Origin: Lama glama | Taxonomy: Eukaryota | DNA length: 64,000 nt | NCBI GenBank assembly: GCA_028534125.1 | Contig: CM052816.1 | Location: 24,306,001-24,370,000 of the forward strand | Reading direction: 5' to 3' | Shown: positions 9,971 through 24,345 of the stretch, piece after piece | Position numbering within the stretch: position 1 is the stretch's first letter | Layout: every line of letters starts with the position of its first letter | The notes under the pieces: generated by a model | What the model was told of the DNA's origin: nothing | The model's database searches: none | What the model saw: the letters and a program-made list of their open reading frames with translations, nothing else | Translations under genes and position numbers: made by a program

Positions 9971-12900
9971 CCTACACTTTCATACCACCTTTGCCTGCCT
10001 GTCTATTCCAACCAACAGCTACAGGTGACTGAAATAGCGACAATTTTTGTTTTCTTTAGCTGTTTCTGGTGGTTTTGCTACTTCCCATCATTCAGAAACA
10101 GAATGGGCATCCCTTCTTTAACTTGAGATGGTGGTATGTTTTGACAAATAAAACCTGATGATGTGATGGTTAGATTCCAACTCCAGCTTTTAAGGAGCAC
10201 AATCACCTAATAGGCTTTCTGAATGTGGACGTAATTGTACCATTTCAACTATAACAGCCATTTTATCCCCCAGTAGGGAAAATGTATCCTTGAATTCTAA
10301 ATCAGGATGCCAGAAACATGCAGCTTGCACCATGCGTCTGTCTCACACAGCACATCAGGAACCTGGGCCTGGGTAGACAGGATGGGATCTTTGACCTGAG
10401 AGTCTCCTTTTCTACCCTTTCAAAGTGTCCTGAATTGATGGAGAAATGGGAATTGCTTTACTTCTGAAGTATTGCGGATCTTCATCTACTCGTTCAGTCA
10501 TTCATTCATTACATTCATTCCTTTTTTTCTTTGTTTCCTCAACAGTACCCTCTGTGCCAGCTGAAGAAGACTATGTGCTTAAGGGCAAGTAGGAAGGGAA
10601 TTAGAAATTCTTTGTTTTAGAGATGCTTGCAAGTCATTTCTAGGTTAAGATTTCAAATTCACTGTCTGCCTGTTACTCTTCCTGAATGACCTGTAGATAG
10701 GAGTGCCTGATCTCAAGTTTTGGTAATGAACATAAGGATTATCCAAAATTCAGGGGAAAAAAACTAAAATAGCATAACTATCAAATAGTAGAGAGGATAG
10801 TAGACTACTTAGAAGTTAGGTCACATAGAGGGTATTGTATTTCTAATAGGAGAGCTGTAACAGCCCAGTGATTTATTGTGTGATTAAGTGACCTGGACCC
10901 AGAATTTGGTATCAAGATAGTGAATTCATTTATTTATTAACTGAGTCAGCAAATATTATATGCCTGACACCTGTAAAAAAAAAGAAGTGGGTCTTAATAG
11001 TATTATTCTAAAAAATAAAACATACCTTTTAATGCAGTCTTCCCAGAGACTGCATTGCCATTAAAGAAGATTGCTCATGTAAAGAAACCGCATGTGTTTT
11101 TGTAGTTTAAAAAAAAATGCAGTTTACTGAAGCAGATTGGAGCTTTATTCCTTGAAACTAATAAAAGAGGCTTATGGGAGTTGGAAAGAAATAAAGAGAA
11201 TGACTTTATAATCATTTGTAGATATGCAAGTATCTTTAAATGGCCTTTTTACTCTTTTTAATGAAAATATCCCCAAACCTCCACAGTAATGGGTAATTCA
11301 CCTAGGAACTCATCTTCATTATTTGTGTGATTTTTAATTCCCCTAGCTTTTAGTTTCATGTACATCAAAACTACTTAAGGGCTTTGAAAAGATACTGAAG
11401 AGAACGCCATGTTAAGAGCAGAAAAGTCCGTTATTGAATTTACCAGCACGATCATCGTTTGTAAATCTTAAAAATGAGGCCAATTTATGAACAGACCAAG
11501 CTGGAGAAAACAGCATGCCTCATCTGCATCCATACACACTGTCATCATGGATTAGCTCTGGTTGCATTTTCTCCCCTAGCAGACAGGACACGTATTATAT
11601 GTCACCTTGAAATAGAACTTAATAAAAATCATGATGCAGTATATTCCAGCCTCTTTCAAGTGTCCAGATCCTTATGACCCAGATATCCAAAAAGCTGTAA
11701 ATTGCTCCTTCCACATATCCCTGTTTTATTAAAAGGACATACATCTGTCCCTAATGTACCTAGTAAACATCCAAGTGGACCCTGTGCTGAGTACTGTGTA
11801 AACAAGATAAAGAGAGTGCCCCATTCTAGGAATGTTGGCATCAACAGATGGAAGTGGAATTACAAACTCAGTTTGATTCTTCCTTTATTGTTAGGCAATA
11901 ACAGAAAGAATGGGACCGTTCATTCCTCTGTATCCATACTAAATGCTTCAGAGTAGCTATCTCATTCTGGGGCCAAACTGGTACCTGGCTCTTGGGTAAA
12001 CCCAGGGAAGATAAAGGGGAAGTTCCAAGAGCTATAGTGGCCCACCTGGCTCCCCAGAGCCTCACAAATGCCCTTCATCAGAAGGGAGACAATCTATTCT
12101 GCATTGTATTGATGCTGTGTTTTAAGATAATATGCTCTGCATGCTTTATCTTTCGGTAGCACTTAATTTCTTTAGATTCCTGATGTGCCTGGGTATGTGT
12201 GTTCAGTCTCACCCCAAAGTTCCCCTGGCAAGTTCTGATTTGTCTGCCCCAATCCAGGATTACACCATCCAGTGTCAGGATTCGTCAGGCCCACCTCTGT
12301 CCCTCTCTGGAGCCTTATCATAACAATTATCTAATCATAATCGGAGATGCTGAGAACAGGACCCTACTGGACAAGGCACTTTACAATCCCTGTGGGCTCA
12401 CTGCACAATGACTCTGTAAGGAAGTCAACCACCCTCTCCTTTTTCACAGATTGGCAACCTGACATGCAGAAAAGTTAAGCAATGTATCCAAGATTGAACC
12501 CTGGTAACTGGTGGCAAGAGCCAGGATTCAAAGCCACGTACCTGATTCCTAAGCTGCTTTTTTTCTGCTCCTCCACTCTTCCCATATTAGGATCAGTACT
12601 GTGATAAATGTCTGTTGGCTTGAGCAGAAATATCGAGAACAATAGTTTACCCTAGAGACATTTGAGGTTGCTATGACCCTAGCACAGTATTGCAGGTAGC
12701 AGTGTTTGCTGTGTGGCAAGCTCTCTGCTAGGTACTTGATATACATCATTCCATTTAATCCTCAGATTTGAGATGGGCACCATTTAATCCTCAGCTTGAG
12801 GAGATGTAACTGATAGATGGAAAATCAAAGAGTCAAACCAAAGGTGTCCAATCCCATGGCTCACATGCTGAATGACTGCAGCAAATAACCTTCTCCGACT

Positions 12901-14519
12901 TTGTTTTTAAACAAGAAAATTGTAACATTTTTACTCGTGAGGCTAGTGATTTCTGCCTTCTGTGCTAGTCAAGCTGACTATAGCCACTGGATGTGATGGT
13001 GCCTATTTTCCTCCCATTGTGCCCATGTTAGAACTTCACAGTAGGGATTATACTTGAGTAGTCTCCAGGCTTCATGGCTAAGTCCAGAATGATAAGGATT
13101 GTTAGCATAAACATGGCATTATATGCCAATCGTTCGTTGAATAAATTGCAGTTTTACTGGACTGAAAAGAAAGATGGCATTATGTAGGGTGCACGCACGC
13201 ACACGCATGTGTGTGATGTGCATGTGTGTTAGAGGATATGCTTTTATTTTCATTAGCCAAGAAGTCAAGAGCTGAAAGCATGACTGGAGATCCAGATATC
13301 TGAGTAATGATATTACTTTCTGTCAGAGAACTATTTACTAGAAAGATTCTCAGTAGGAACTGAATTGCTTTCATTAGTTTATTTAAAGTGTGCACTTCCT
13401 TTTTCACCTCTATTTCAAAAGAGAGTATTTACGCTTTTTCAGAATGTGTGAAAGTCCTCCATTTACAAAGTCACAGAAGATGTTTTCTGCCAGTTCCCTG
13501 GTTCAGCAGCTCTCAGTGAGTTCCAGGGAAGCCAGGAAAAAAGGGCTTCCATCCTGCTCATCCCCTATGGTGTACATTTCCTGCCCCTTTCCCCTCGTGT
13601 GTAAAGCAGCGGTCCCCACACTGGTGTCTGCAGGGCCATTTAGGAATTTCCTCCGATTCCATCCCTTGATTATTCCTCATCTCACTGCTTTGCTAGTCTT
13701 CACTCAATTTCAAACTTAATGGAAATTCAGATGGGCACATGAGCATCTAGGCTTCCCAAAATACACACTTTTCATGAGTGCTTCCCTCTTAAAGTGTGTG
13801 GACAGAGCCAGCATATTAGCTTCCCGTTATCATTCTGTTTTAATGTCTAACTGACAGATGCCTGTCAGTAAAACAAGGTGATAATGGGCAAAAAATACCT
13901 CTGCTCTTAGCAAAAAAGAAAGACCCTGGATTTCGTCAGTCTCAGAGACACTTGTCAGCTATTGTTAAGGAAGACTTATAAATGCCTCTGTGGCAAATAC
14001 CTACGAATGACCTAAATGTTTTCACCCTCATTAGTAAGAAGACGAAAAGGGAGCTGTTTCTCATACATGTGCAGATTTCACCCACATGCAGTCTCTCCCC
14101 TCAGTGGAAACTTGCCCAGTGTGTTAATGTATCACCACCATGGCGGCCTGAAGCTGGGTGTGGCCAGGCCAGATGGCACCTGCAGACCTCATTGGATGGG
14201 AATGGCTTCCTGGCAGGTCACAGACGAAGCCCAATAATCTGACACAGGCTTAATGACCTCAACTAGCCAGTCTGAAGTGGTGTGGTTCTGCTGACTCACT
14301 CCCAGATGCTGGTAGCACCCTCAGATGTATTCAATAAATAAGAAGACACTGGAAATCCACCAGGGCAAATGACACTAAGTCACTGTGCCACAATAAGCAG
14401 AAGAGGGTAGATTTTAAGATTGTTCTATTTCTCAAGGGGTCAGTAAATGCCGAAGGCCTCTGTCTGCAGGGAGTGGTCAGCCTAGGGAAAGACCCTATCA
14501 ACCCTAAAGACAAGAGTCA

Positions 14520-15078
14520 CAAATCAAAGTAGGCAAGGGGCACAGTGCCTGGCCTTCCAGTCGGAGGAGAGCTACAAGATGGCAGGGACTGTACTCGGAT
14601 GTATTTTGTGTCCCTTTAAATCACAAATCCAATTCTCTATACTCACGCAGAAAGTTTAGCTATAGGGTGTTTGGTTTCATTTTGGTTTAATTTCAGTAAA
14701 GACAGGTGGACCTCTAAGAATAATACAGACAATAACAAAAGCAACTCAGTTACTATAGGAGGTACCCAAGGAACCAATTCCTTACTCTGAAATTGGCAAA
14801 GGGAAGAATTAAACAGTAATCATGCCTTTTCTGTGCAAATTTTATTTCAGAATAACCAAATAGCAAGGGTTGATGAAGGGAAGTCCTTCACATGAGAATT
14901 CTAGCCACGAAATGTGGAAGGGAAGTTAGAATTGGAAAAGCATAATTTTGTCACGCCTAAATGAAAAAATTGATCCAAGCACCTGTAATCAGTAGATGTG
15001 ATCATTAGACCTTTAGAAATACTATGGGGAACTTCACAATGGAGGAATCAGGCTGCCATCACCTGAACCCACTAAAAG

Positions 15079-15110
<32 letters not shown>

Positions 15111-15760
15111 ATTATTATTAGGAGCCTTCTGGCAATGATGTAACAAAATAAGTACACAGCACCAACTATGAGGTATTGTTGCCAAAGAGTTGAACTTGAA
15201 CTTAAGCCAATCATTAAATTTCCAGAAAATGCAGGTGATAGAAGAACAAGTTAAGTGATACCACAAGAAAAATTAAATGTGGCTATTGAGATGTGGCTCA
15301 AGAGGCACCCTATAAGAGTTTCTTTAGCAAGACAATGGCATGGGGAACAAACACAAGTGAGAGTGACTCAAGAGATGTATCCAAACATCACACCTTGTTT
15401 GGATCATTTAAACAAAGCCACCATAAAAGATTTTTTAAGATAGTTGGAGAGATTTGAATACAGTTTGGGTAACAGATGATGTCAAGGAATTATTAAGTTT
15501 GTTAGGTATGATGATGACTTTGTATTTCTATAAGAATGTCCATATTTTTTAGAAATTCATACTGAAGTAGGTAGGGGTAAAAATGACAATTTCTGAGACT
15601 TGCTGAAAAATCTTAATAGGACGGAAGGAAGGAAGTGAGGGCAAAACAAGTGTGACAAAAATCTTGATTAAGTGTTAGATTGGGAGGATGGAGAATATGT
15701 GGGTTTACTGCAGTATTCTCCCTATTTAAAATTTTCATGATAAAAATATTCTTTAAAAAG
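14520..15760 (+). mobile_element. Old L1M (L1MC/ME-like) 3' region
   Basis: Degenerate L1 3'UTR motifs such as ggaaccaattccttactctgaaa, gatttgaatacag..agatgatgtcaaggaattatt and aaattttcatgataaaa. Confidence 0.55.
15081..15120. repeat. (GAT)10(ATT)3 microsatellite
   Basis: Directly visible. Confidence 0.95.
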
Positions 15761-17093
15761 AGTAATAGCTCTCTCAGAGGAGGTGGTGGGGATCCACTGG
15801 AGATGTGATTAGAAAAATGTCATTATCTGATGATAAAAAATTTTTGTTTTTTCTAATTTTTTTCATGATATCCTTTATTAAAAAAAAGAAACTAGTTTTG
15901 TTAGAATTTTTTTGAGTAGCCACTAGAAACCAGTTTCATTGCTTTACATCAAGCAATTGGATGAGGATCTGGGAAATAATAGTCTCCGGTGTGAAAGTGA
16001 ATGCTGATCTTAGCTGGAATAACTTGCTTTTTTTCAGCATTTGCCGTGGCTGGTCTCCAGGGACTTATCTGGCTACATGTGTTTTTCACATTTATTAGTG
16101 AAATTGGAGAGTCAAGAGTAAAACACAGTTCTCGGGAACAATGTGTTAATTTGTGACACACTAGAGACTTTTTAGCCCATAAAGCAAATGAATGAGCTCC
16201 ATGGGGGGGTAACTGTTATTTTCACCCTGGAAGGCAGTAAAGACCCACTGTATTTATTAAGTACCAAGAGAATGGAAAATGAATAGTTCTGTGAAAATAG
16301 GAAAATATACTCTCACTATTGCTAGTAATAGTGGAATTTTTTTTTGTCTGTTCTGAAGGAAAACTACTATCAGATGAAAATTTAAAAGTAAAAGTAGACC
16401 TCTGTACAATATTTGGCTGTATGGTCTTGGATAGTAACTTAATTCAGTGTCAAAATAAAGTTATTTTGCTTTCTATCAAACAGGCGGGATCAAGTTAAGG
16501 AATCTCATTCATTATATTTGCAGAACCAAACACTCAAAGAAATGAACAGACCAGATATTTCACTTAGAACCTTCCTCCTGAGTGGTTGAGGGCTAGGGGA
16601 AGGTCTGGTGGGAAGACAGACAGCCCTCTGTGTAAGCTGATGCACTGGGACATTTCTTGCAGGCTGTAAACCCTCAGCTCCCCTGGAGGCTTGGGGACAG
16701 AGCAGGCTGGTTCTCACAATGAGAACATCCAGACAAAGCTGACACTCCAACAGGTGGGGACTGTGTAAGATGCGGGGACCAATGCAACTGCCAAAGTCAA
16801 GATGCATAGTGAGACGGGACAGGCAGCCAAAGCAGCAAGTGCAGAAGGGGGCATGTGCTCTGCTTAGAAAACAAGGCGTCAGGGTTCCTTTGAAGGGGTT
16901 CAGAAGTGCTTCGCATTGAGGTTAAGTAGGAAGTAACCATTCTCCACTGATTCACGGTTCACAAGAATCTAGGATATACAGCTGTAAAGAAATCAAATAA
17001 TAAAGTGATCTCAGGTAACTTGGCCCTTGGCTAAGTATTACTTTTTCTTGTGCTTGTTTATATCTTGCTGATTTAAAAGTCTGGGTGGCAGAA

Positions 17094-17248
17094 GGGGAGG
17101 GTATAGCTCAGTGGGAGAGTGCATGTCTAGCATGCAGGAGGTCCTGGGTTCAATCCCCAATACCTCCATTAAAATAAATAAACAAATAAACCTAATTACC
17201 TCCCCCACTAAAAATATCCACCAAATAAATACGATATTTTTTACAAAA
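17094..17248 (+). mobile_element. Full-length camelid tRNA-derived SINE (Vic-1-like)
   Basis: ggggagggtatagctcagtgggagagtgcatgtctagcatgcaggaggtcctgggttcaatcccc. Imperfect TSD taaaag(t/a)ctgg at 17074 and 17249. Confidence 0.88.
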
Positions 17249-20200
17249 TAAAAGACTGGACACATTTTAAGGAACCAACAAAAAGAAACTATGGTTTTGT
17301 GTGTGTATGTGAGTGTGTATAGTGGAGGGGCAGGGGAGCAGTGTCTCAGTGTCTAAGGGCTGAGGGGGCGTTTCTGTGTTTTTCACCTGTGTTTATTCAA
17401 GACTGTCAAACAGATGTCAGCAGGCCCACAGACAGAAGATGGGAGGGTACTGAGGAGGACTGCAGAGGGGTGGGCTAGGCAAAAGGACTGGAGGTAGGAT
17501 CTGGAAGAACCTCTCTTTCCCCCTCACCCAGCCCTCGGCTGTAGTGAGAGGACCCTACTGCACTGCACTCTTAAGCACTGCCCGTCACCACGTGGCTACC
17601 ACAAGCCAGGCACACCCCCGCCCCCAGGTCCGAAGGGTCAGGGGAGAAACTGAGGCTTAGCACCAAGTAAGTGCTGGTTAGCAGTTCAAAGCCAGGACTC
17701 CCTGATCCAAAACCAGAACTCTGTCCCCTCCCCCTCAAAGGCTTCCAAAGGTTGCCCTGAATCCAAAGACAAGGCAACACAGAAACACCCAGAGACTCTG
17801 TCTGGTCAGTAAACCACATGGGAAAATAGAAAATAACAAGTGGGGTTTGGTGAACTGTTAGTGATATGAAGCATATAATACAGAGCCCATCCATCATGCC
17901 AAAGATGGAGCTGAAAAGCAAAATCCAAAGAGTTTTGGTCTTTGCTCTGCCCTTGCCTTGCTATTCCTTGGCGAGCTGAGCCACCTCAGATATTCTTGCA
18001 TGGAAAAGGAGGTCAACCAGCCAGCGTCTCCTGGGGCTTCAGCAAACACTGCAGGAAGACCTGCCCCGCCACACCACCCCGAGCCTGGCAGGATGCAGAG
18101 CCCAGACACTGCCCTGTGAGAGTGCAAGACTGCAGCCTCCCTGACGTCTTGGTGAAATGCAAACGGGGAAAGCCCCAAGGAACCCTGTGGCTTAAAATAA
18201 GCTACAGCTGGCTTTATTCCAGGGCCTGGGAGGCTGGGGTGAAGAAGGAAAACATCTGTGTAGCTAGTACTGAGTTGTTTGTACAAGGAGGGTGAGGTAT
18301 GCCTTGGAATGATCCCCAAATCAACTTCCTTCAGTGGCAGGCATTCACTTGGATGCCAGTGGAAGGTGTGTATAAACCTAACCACAAATTCGGAACTTGT
18401 TCTGAGGTTCAGTTCTTATTTGTAGCAGAAATGTTTTCCTCCCGTATTATCAGATATCCTGGTCAGCTTGCCGTGCCTTCCATATCTTGCTTACACTAAA
18501 CAGGTAGCTGTTTGGCACCGGGCACACTGAATATCATTTGAAGAATACACATTAATTTCTCATCTCCGAGTAATATCCTGTGAACATCTCATTCTACTTT
18601 GCCTGCTCCCCTCTATTTTTTCAAACTTGACATTTCAACTTTTCTGATGTGCCCTGATTGTTCCCGAGCCCCTGGCACTCATCCGGGCAGCTCTGTTTCC
18701 CCGTGACTCCCCCATCTCAGCAGGGCTCCATGTGTAGGAACCAGTTGTTATTTATAACGTGATTCAGCTGTCGCTGTGTCTTTGAACACACAGGGCTGTT
18801 GTGGGATTTTAATTGCCATTTTCATCTATATAATTAAAATTAAATGAAAAAAATGGATAGCCTCCAAAATCTGAGTTAATTTCATGCGTACTTCTTGAGG
18901 GGAAAAAATATGTATAAATATGATCATTGTTACTTGATTTGCCATCAGCAGAACTAGAGGATTTCACCTGGCTGAAAATAAAATACAGTCATTTTAAATG
19001 GAAGGAAAATGAGTCTGATACTTCTTGTAGCTGAGAATCAGAGTTTATCACATGGATTGGAAGTAATAACCCTGGATACGGAGAACAAGTTGCTGTTACA
19101 CTCTCTGGATCCACCCTGCTGTATGCTGGTCTGGGTTTTTTTCTCCCCGTGGTTCATTGTTGGTGTTTACATATTTCTCAACAAAATGCCATAACCTCCA
19201 CCTTAGAACTTCCTTCATGCTCAGAAACGGGCATCCATTTGCTCACTCTGCTCTGTAAGTGTGACAGCGAGCACAGAGCAGGGCAGAATGAGATGACAAA
19301 AAGAGAGGTTTTGTTTTTGTTGTTTTTTTGTTTTTTTTTAAATTCATTGGGCAACCAGTGTTTCACTCTGCAGACTCATCAAGCACCTGATGGACATGTT
19401 TATAAAGACTTGGATGGTCACTTTATTTGGAATGAGAAACTCTCCGCTCTACATAATGAGGTCAGTGAAGCATCCAGAAAAGAAATGTATAATTTGGTAG
19501 CTTGGGTCTGTAAGCACAGCCCTGCCGTGGCTATTTAAGTTTAATGAAGCAGCTACTTTGCCACTAACACACTCTTAGTGAATAGCCTCCTTGGCGTGTT
19601 TTTGAAAACTTAAATATTGCTGGTAATCATGTCCCAGCAATCTCCTCGGAGAGCCTTTGTGCCCTGTTCTCAGAAGGAATATGCTGCTTTTACATGTTAA
19701 TGGTTTTGAAATTAGTCGTTTGCTCCATTTTCTTTGCAAAGGAAGGTCAGTGTGTGATTTCCTGCCTGCCTTCATTTTCTCTGAACATTCAGGATACTCT
19801 TAAATCAGTTCATCGGCCTTGCAGGGCACTGTCTGGTTATAACATGCCTGAAAAGCCGGGGAAATGTTCTATCAAAGAGCGTTACTATTCTCAGAGACTG
19901 TTCTTAGAATTCAAAGTCTCAAAATCTAACTCAGAGGGGAAAGTTCCTGGACAGGCCATTATTGCTATTTTTTCCCCTTTCAATCACCGACCAGCTTGTA
20001 TCACCCATTCCTTGGCCTCATTAGAGGAGGCCTTGCTCCCTGAACATGCAGCTCCTCCAAGAAGGCTAAGGGACATTTAGAGATCCCTTTTGAAGCAAAT
20101 TTGCTCATGTAAAACTAAGGTCAGGCTTCTGAATCCCAGACCAGTGTTAATGATGCACAACTCTGTGGGAGCAGAAAGCCATCTAGCCATTCCATAGTTC

Positions 20201-23200
20201 CACACTTTCATTCCCTCAAATTTAGGGCATCTGGCAGTTTCCCCTGACTTAGCAGGGGCATGACTGCTAATGGAAAAGTTCCATGTCCTCATGGCTCTGC
20301 AGCCCTGGAAAGAGTCTGGGGAACCCTCCAGACTGTTTGGTGGCCTCTGCTTTTCCTTGGCAAATATAAAGTGGGACATAAAATGGCTAGACCATGACCA
20401 CCAGAAACTTCCTAGGAATACCTAGTGAGTTTTCAAAAAATATTTGTTTGAATGGATGAAGGAATGAATGGATCTTTGATTTGCTCTCTTGACCATCTCT
20501 GGTTGTGGAGGTGACACAGGACCCTTCCAGGATATACTGGGACCTGAGGAGCCTACTTGTTAAAATCTCTGGAATTGGCATTAGGGTGGAATTTGGAAGT
20601 CCAGTCTTGCTTTTAAACTGCCCCTTCAAGCTTGGACCTGCTCAGACCACTGCCCAGGCAGCCCACACGACCAGGTAGTGCCAGCACACACACACCCTCA
20701 TGCTGTTATTTTCACCTTTAAATCCTGTGGGTAATTTTTATACCCAAATGGAGACGTCAGCATACCAGGTGCCTCCCTCAGAGAGCCTTAGCTCCCTACA
20801 TCTAAGAGATTAAAGTTGACTTGGCACTGAAAATACAGGTCTGGTAGAAGCTGGCCTGAAAAGGCTCCTGGGAGTGGCTTGTGTTTTATTTTCCAGTGTA
20901 TTTATCATGCAGTAGATCAGCTAAGATAATGGAAGCTGATGTAACAAATAGATTGAAGTATCTCAAACATAATAGCGGTTTTTCATCATGTGTCTTTACT
21001 GACCATTTTCATGAGAAAGTGGAACCTGTGTTGGGGGATATGAAGGTGACAGGTCTAGGGAGAGTGAGGAGAAGCGGGCGTGAGGAAGAGACTTTTTGTG
21101 CTCCCAGCTGGGAGAGGTGGTGTGGGACAATGTCAGGGCTCAAGTGTGATCCAAAAGCTGCAGTGAGTACAACGTGACCAGCCACAGAGAAAGACAGTTT
21201 TAGAAGACCGAAACGAGATGCAGCCCAGGCAGGGAAAAGAGCAGGAAATAAGGTTAACATAGTAATAAACTGTGCATGTGCATGGATCCCGGCGCATGGC
21301 TCATTCCACCTTACAAAGCACGTTCACATGTATCATCTTATTTTCAGTCTCACAAACCAGATGAGGTGGCTCAGGAAGTATTAATACCCTAATTTCAATT
21401 ATGCAGGAAATCTCAGCAAAGTCTGAGGGACTGAGTGGTGAACCAGGGGTGCAGGCTTGGGTGTCCTGACTCTAACAACAGAGCATTTACCGTAACTCCA
21501 TTATCCTTATGGAGGTTGGGGAGGGGGTACTGCCGAGGCCAGAGGGCTGCAGAAGTGAGCAGGGCACGTTTCCCTGCCCTGCCCCACATGGAAATCACTT
21601 ACCATTGCAGCCCATTCAGAAATGCAGCCACGATCTGCTGCAGCCTGGCTGGGTCCTTGCTTTTGTGAAACTGTACTGTGTCCTTTAACGGGGTCAAAGT
21701 TTCACAGACAGGCCTTTTTATCTTAACAATTGTCTAATCAGGCTTTCATTTATGTAACCACTCACTACTTTTTCATTCGCCTCCCTCTCCTCCACCTAGT
21801 CCCAGTCCTCCCACTGAGTGCAGCTGAATTTGGCCAGCACCAAATCATGTTTTGTTCCCAGCCTGAGGAATTATATAAGGTGTCAAGCCTGTCCAGCAAA
21901 GAACCCCTCCCATCAGTGTAATCGGAGGTTTCAAGTTTCTACAGACACTGCTCCTTCCCAGCATCGCATGTTTTTGTCCTGAGAAATCCCAGAGAACAGA
22001 ATTCTTGGGTGGACGTCCTAGGAGCGGCACTGATAAAGTGGTCAAATGGTGCTTGACATTTTGCAGAAAGATCAGTGGAAGAGCAGCGCTAGGCTAACAA
22101 ACCCACAGCTCAGCTCTTTCTAGCATTCACGGCAACAGCCTGCTGTTTTTCCAGGTGGCTCTGGAAGAGACAGGGGAATGCAGTGGGCCATTTGTCACTG
22201 CCCCAGGTGCAACATATGCATGCCAATTGGTGCCCGAAGCTTGCGAGGCCCACTCCTGGCCCACCCACCTCTGGGCTTCCTTTGGCTGAGTCTGGGGAGA
22301 CTGCTCCCGTCTCTCTTTCTCCACCTGATTAGATTCACTCTTCTGGGGCTGGAACCAGCTTGGTCCCTCCCACCGAGATCAAGATGCCCAACTTCCATGT
22401 CATCCCTCCCATCCCATTTTCAATTCAAGACTTTGCGGAGTGCGGGGACTCATCGCGGGCGTGCCGGACTTAGTGTCTCAGGGTTATTCTGCTGTGTGGT
22501 GGTCAGTGGATATGCTGGGCTGTTGTTCAATGAGTGCTGGACTCGACTATCGTTTCAGCCAGGTCCTAAGTTGGTTTCAGGGTTCTGCAGGGATGGCACA
22601 GAGGAAAAGCCGGCGCCTACTTGCAGAAGAAGCCAAGGTAGAGGAGCTTTTTGTTTCTTTATGCCCAGCTCAGCACTCAGCACCCTTTGTGAGTAGAATA
22701 AACTCATCAGATGGCGGATAATATCCCGTTCGCCGTTGAGAAGACAAGTGAAACGAAGCATATCATCCAGAAGCGAAATTACAGATACAAAATAAGTGTA
22801 AGGGAAATTCTACTTCCAGAATTGTTTTAAGGACATTTTCTCACAGATTTAGGTCATACATCTAGAACTGCCCTTTTTTTGAGGACTTCATCTAGGTTGT
22901 AAGTGAATGAACTTGGGGACCCTGTGTGCCTGATTGACAGTCCCTCGCTGAGGGTAGCCTCACTGCTGACAAGCCTGGTCTTTTCTCCCTCTGCATCCCT
23001 CTCCGCCTTCTTCCAGCTCTGATGAGCGGAGGAAGCCCTTGGCCCTCAAGTTGGAGTTATGCAAAACCCGAAAATAGACTTTTGGAGTGTGCCCAGACAT
23101 GATTCCGCGCAGCAAGAAGGTCACTGTGTCTGCTTTTCCTGCCAGCACACCCCTGGCTCTTAATCTATGGCTGCCTTGTGAAGCATGAGAGCTGTGCCAG

Positions 23201-23403
23201 GAAGTTACACTTTGTGGCTGCGAGGCATTATGAGAATTTAAAATCGTGTCAATGGGGTTTTACAAGGGCAGGCCAGGGGAGAAGGGTTAGACATAGCTTT
23301 CCAAGCCGGCCTTTGGACATCCTTTTTGTGCTGTGGCCTGAGAGCTAGCATAATTTGGTTTAAAAAAAAAAAGCTATCTGACCCCAACTACAAATCAACT
23401 CCA

Positions 23404-23439
23404 CCCTGCCAACCCTGCCAACCCTGCCAACCCTGCCAA
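23404..23439. repeat. (CCCTGCCAA)4 tandem repeat
   Basis: Four perfect 9-bp units. Confidence 0.95.
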
Positions 23440-24345
23440 AAATGGACAAGACATCCACCCCAAAAGTTTACTGTTTGGTTATTCAAGCAGTGGGATTTTG
23501 AGTGAGTTTTATTGTTTTCTTTGTGCTTTTCTGTACTTTCTATAACATATACTTCTTACTTTTGCAGTATGAAAAAAAAAGCAACAAATCCTATTTAACT
23601 AGCTAATTTTTGTTATTGTTTCTTGAATGCCTGGTACCTGGGGGTTGAGAAGCCCAGCAGAGTCATGACAACAGCATAGAATGCTCCCACATCAGGCTCC
23701 AGATCAGGGCTGGTGTCCACCCCTTTCCCCATTGCTGGGTTCCAAAGGGCCCCTGGGAGAGGCCAGACCGCAGACACTGGGAGGACTAGAGGCAGCCAAG
23801 GAGGAAAGGAAAGGGAGCACACTGGAGCGAGGCCAGCCAGACACCTCATCCGGAAGGAGGGGATTCCGTTCCCATCCAACTGGCTCTGATGGTCAGGCCT
23901 GCTTGATATGTGCTTGTCGGCTGGGACGGTGTCAGCTTGAGGTCACCTGGAAACATTGCATTCTCCTCCTGAGAATGTCCAGTTGATGCACATTGTTCTG
24001 GAAGTTGGGAAGATCCTATTTTCCAGAGCTGAAGGAATCAAGTAAAATGTGATAAATAGGGACAAATATTTGGGAAAAAAAAAAAAAACCCTTTGAGGAA
24101 TTCCAAAAATCCTCTTAGGGTTGGGGCAGATTTATTTAGACTCCAGGCCTTGACCACCCAGACTGGTTATTGACAAGAACTCAGTCTGTCCACCAGTCCT
24201 GCTGCTGTCTACTGGTCCAGGCCATGCCAGCCTCAGGAGCTTGACGTGAGCAGGCTGGGCAGAGGCAGCCTGTGTAGACCATGAAACTGTGTCCTCTCAC
24301 ATAAAGAATTCCTCCTGCGAGTTTCTATCAAGTCCTCTATTTCTT

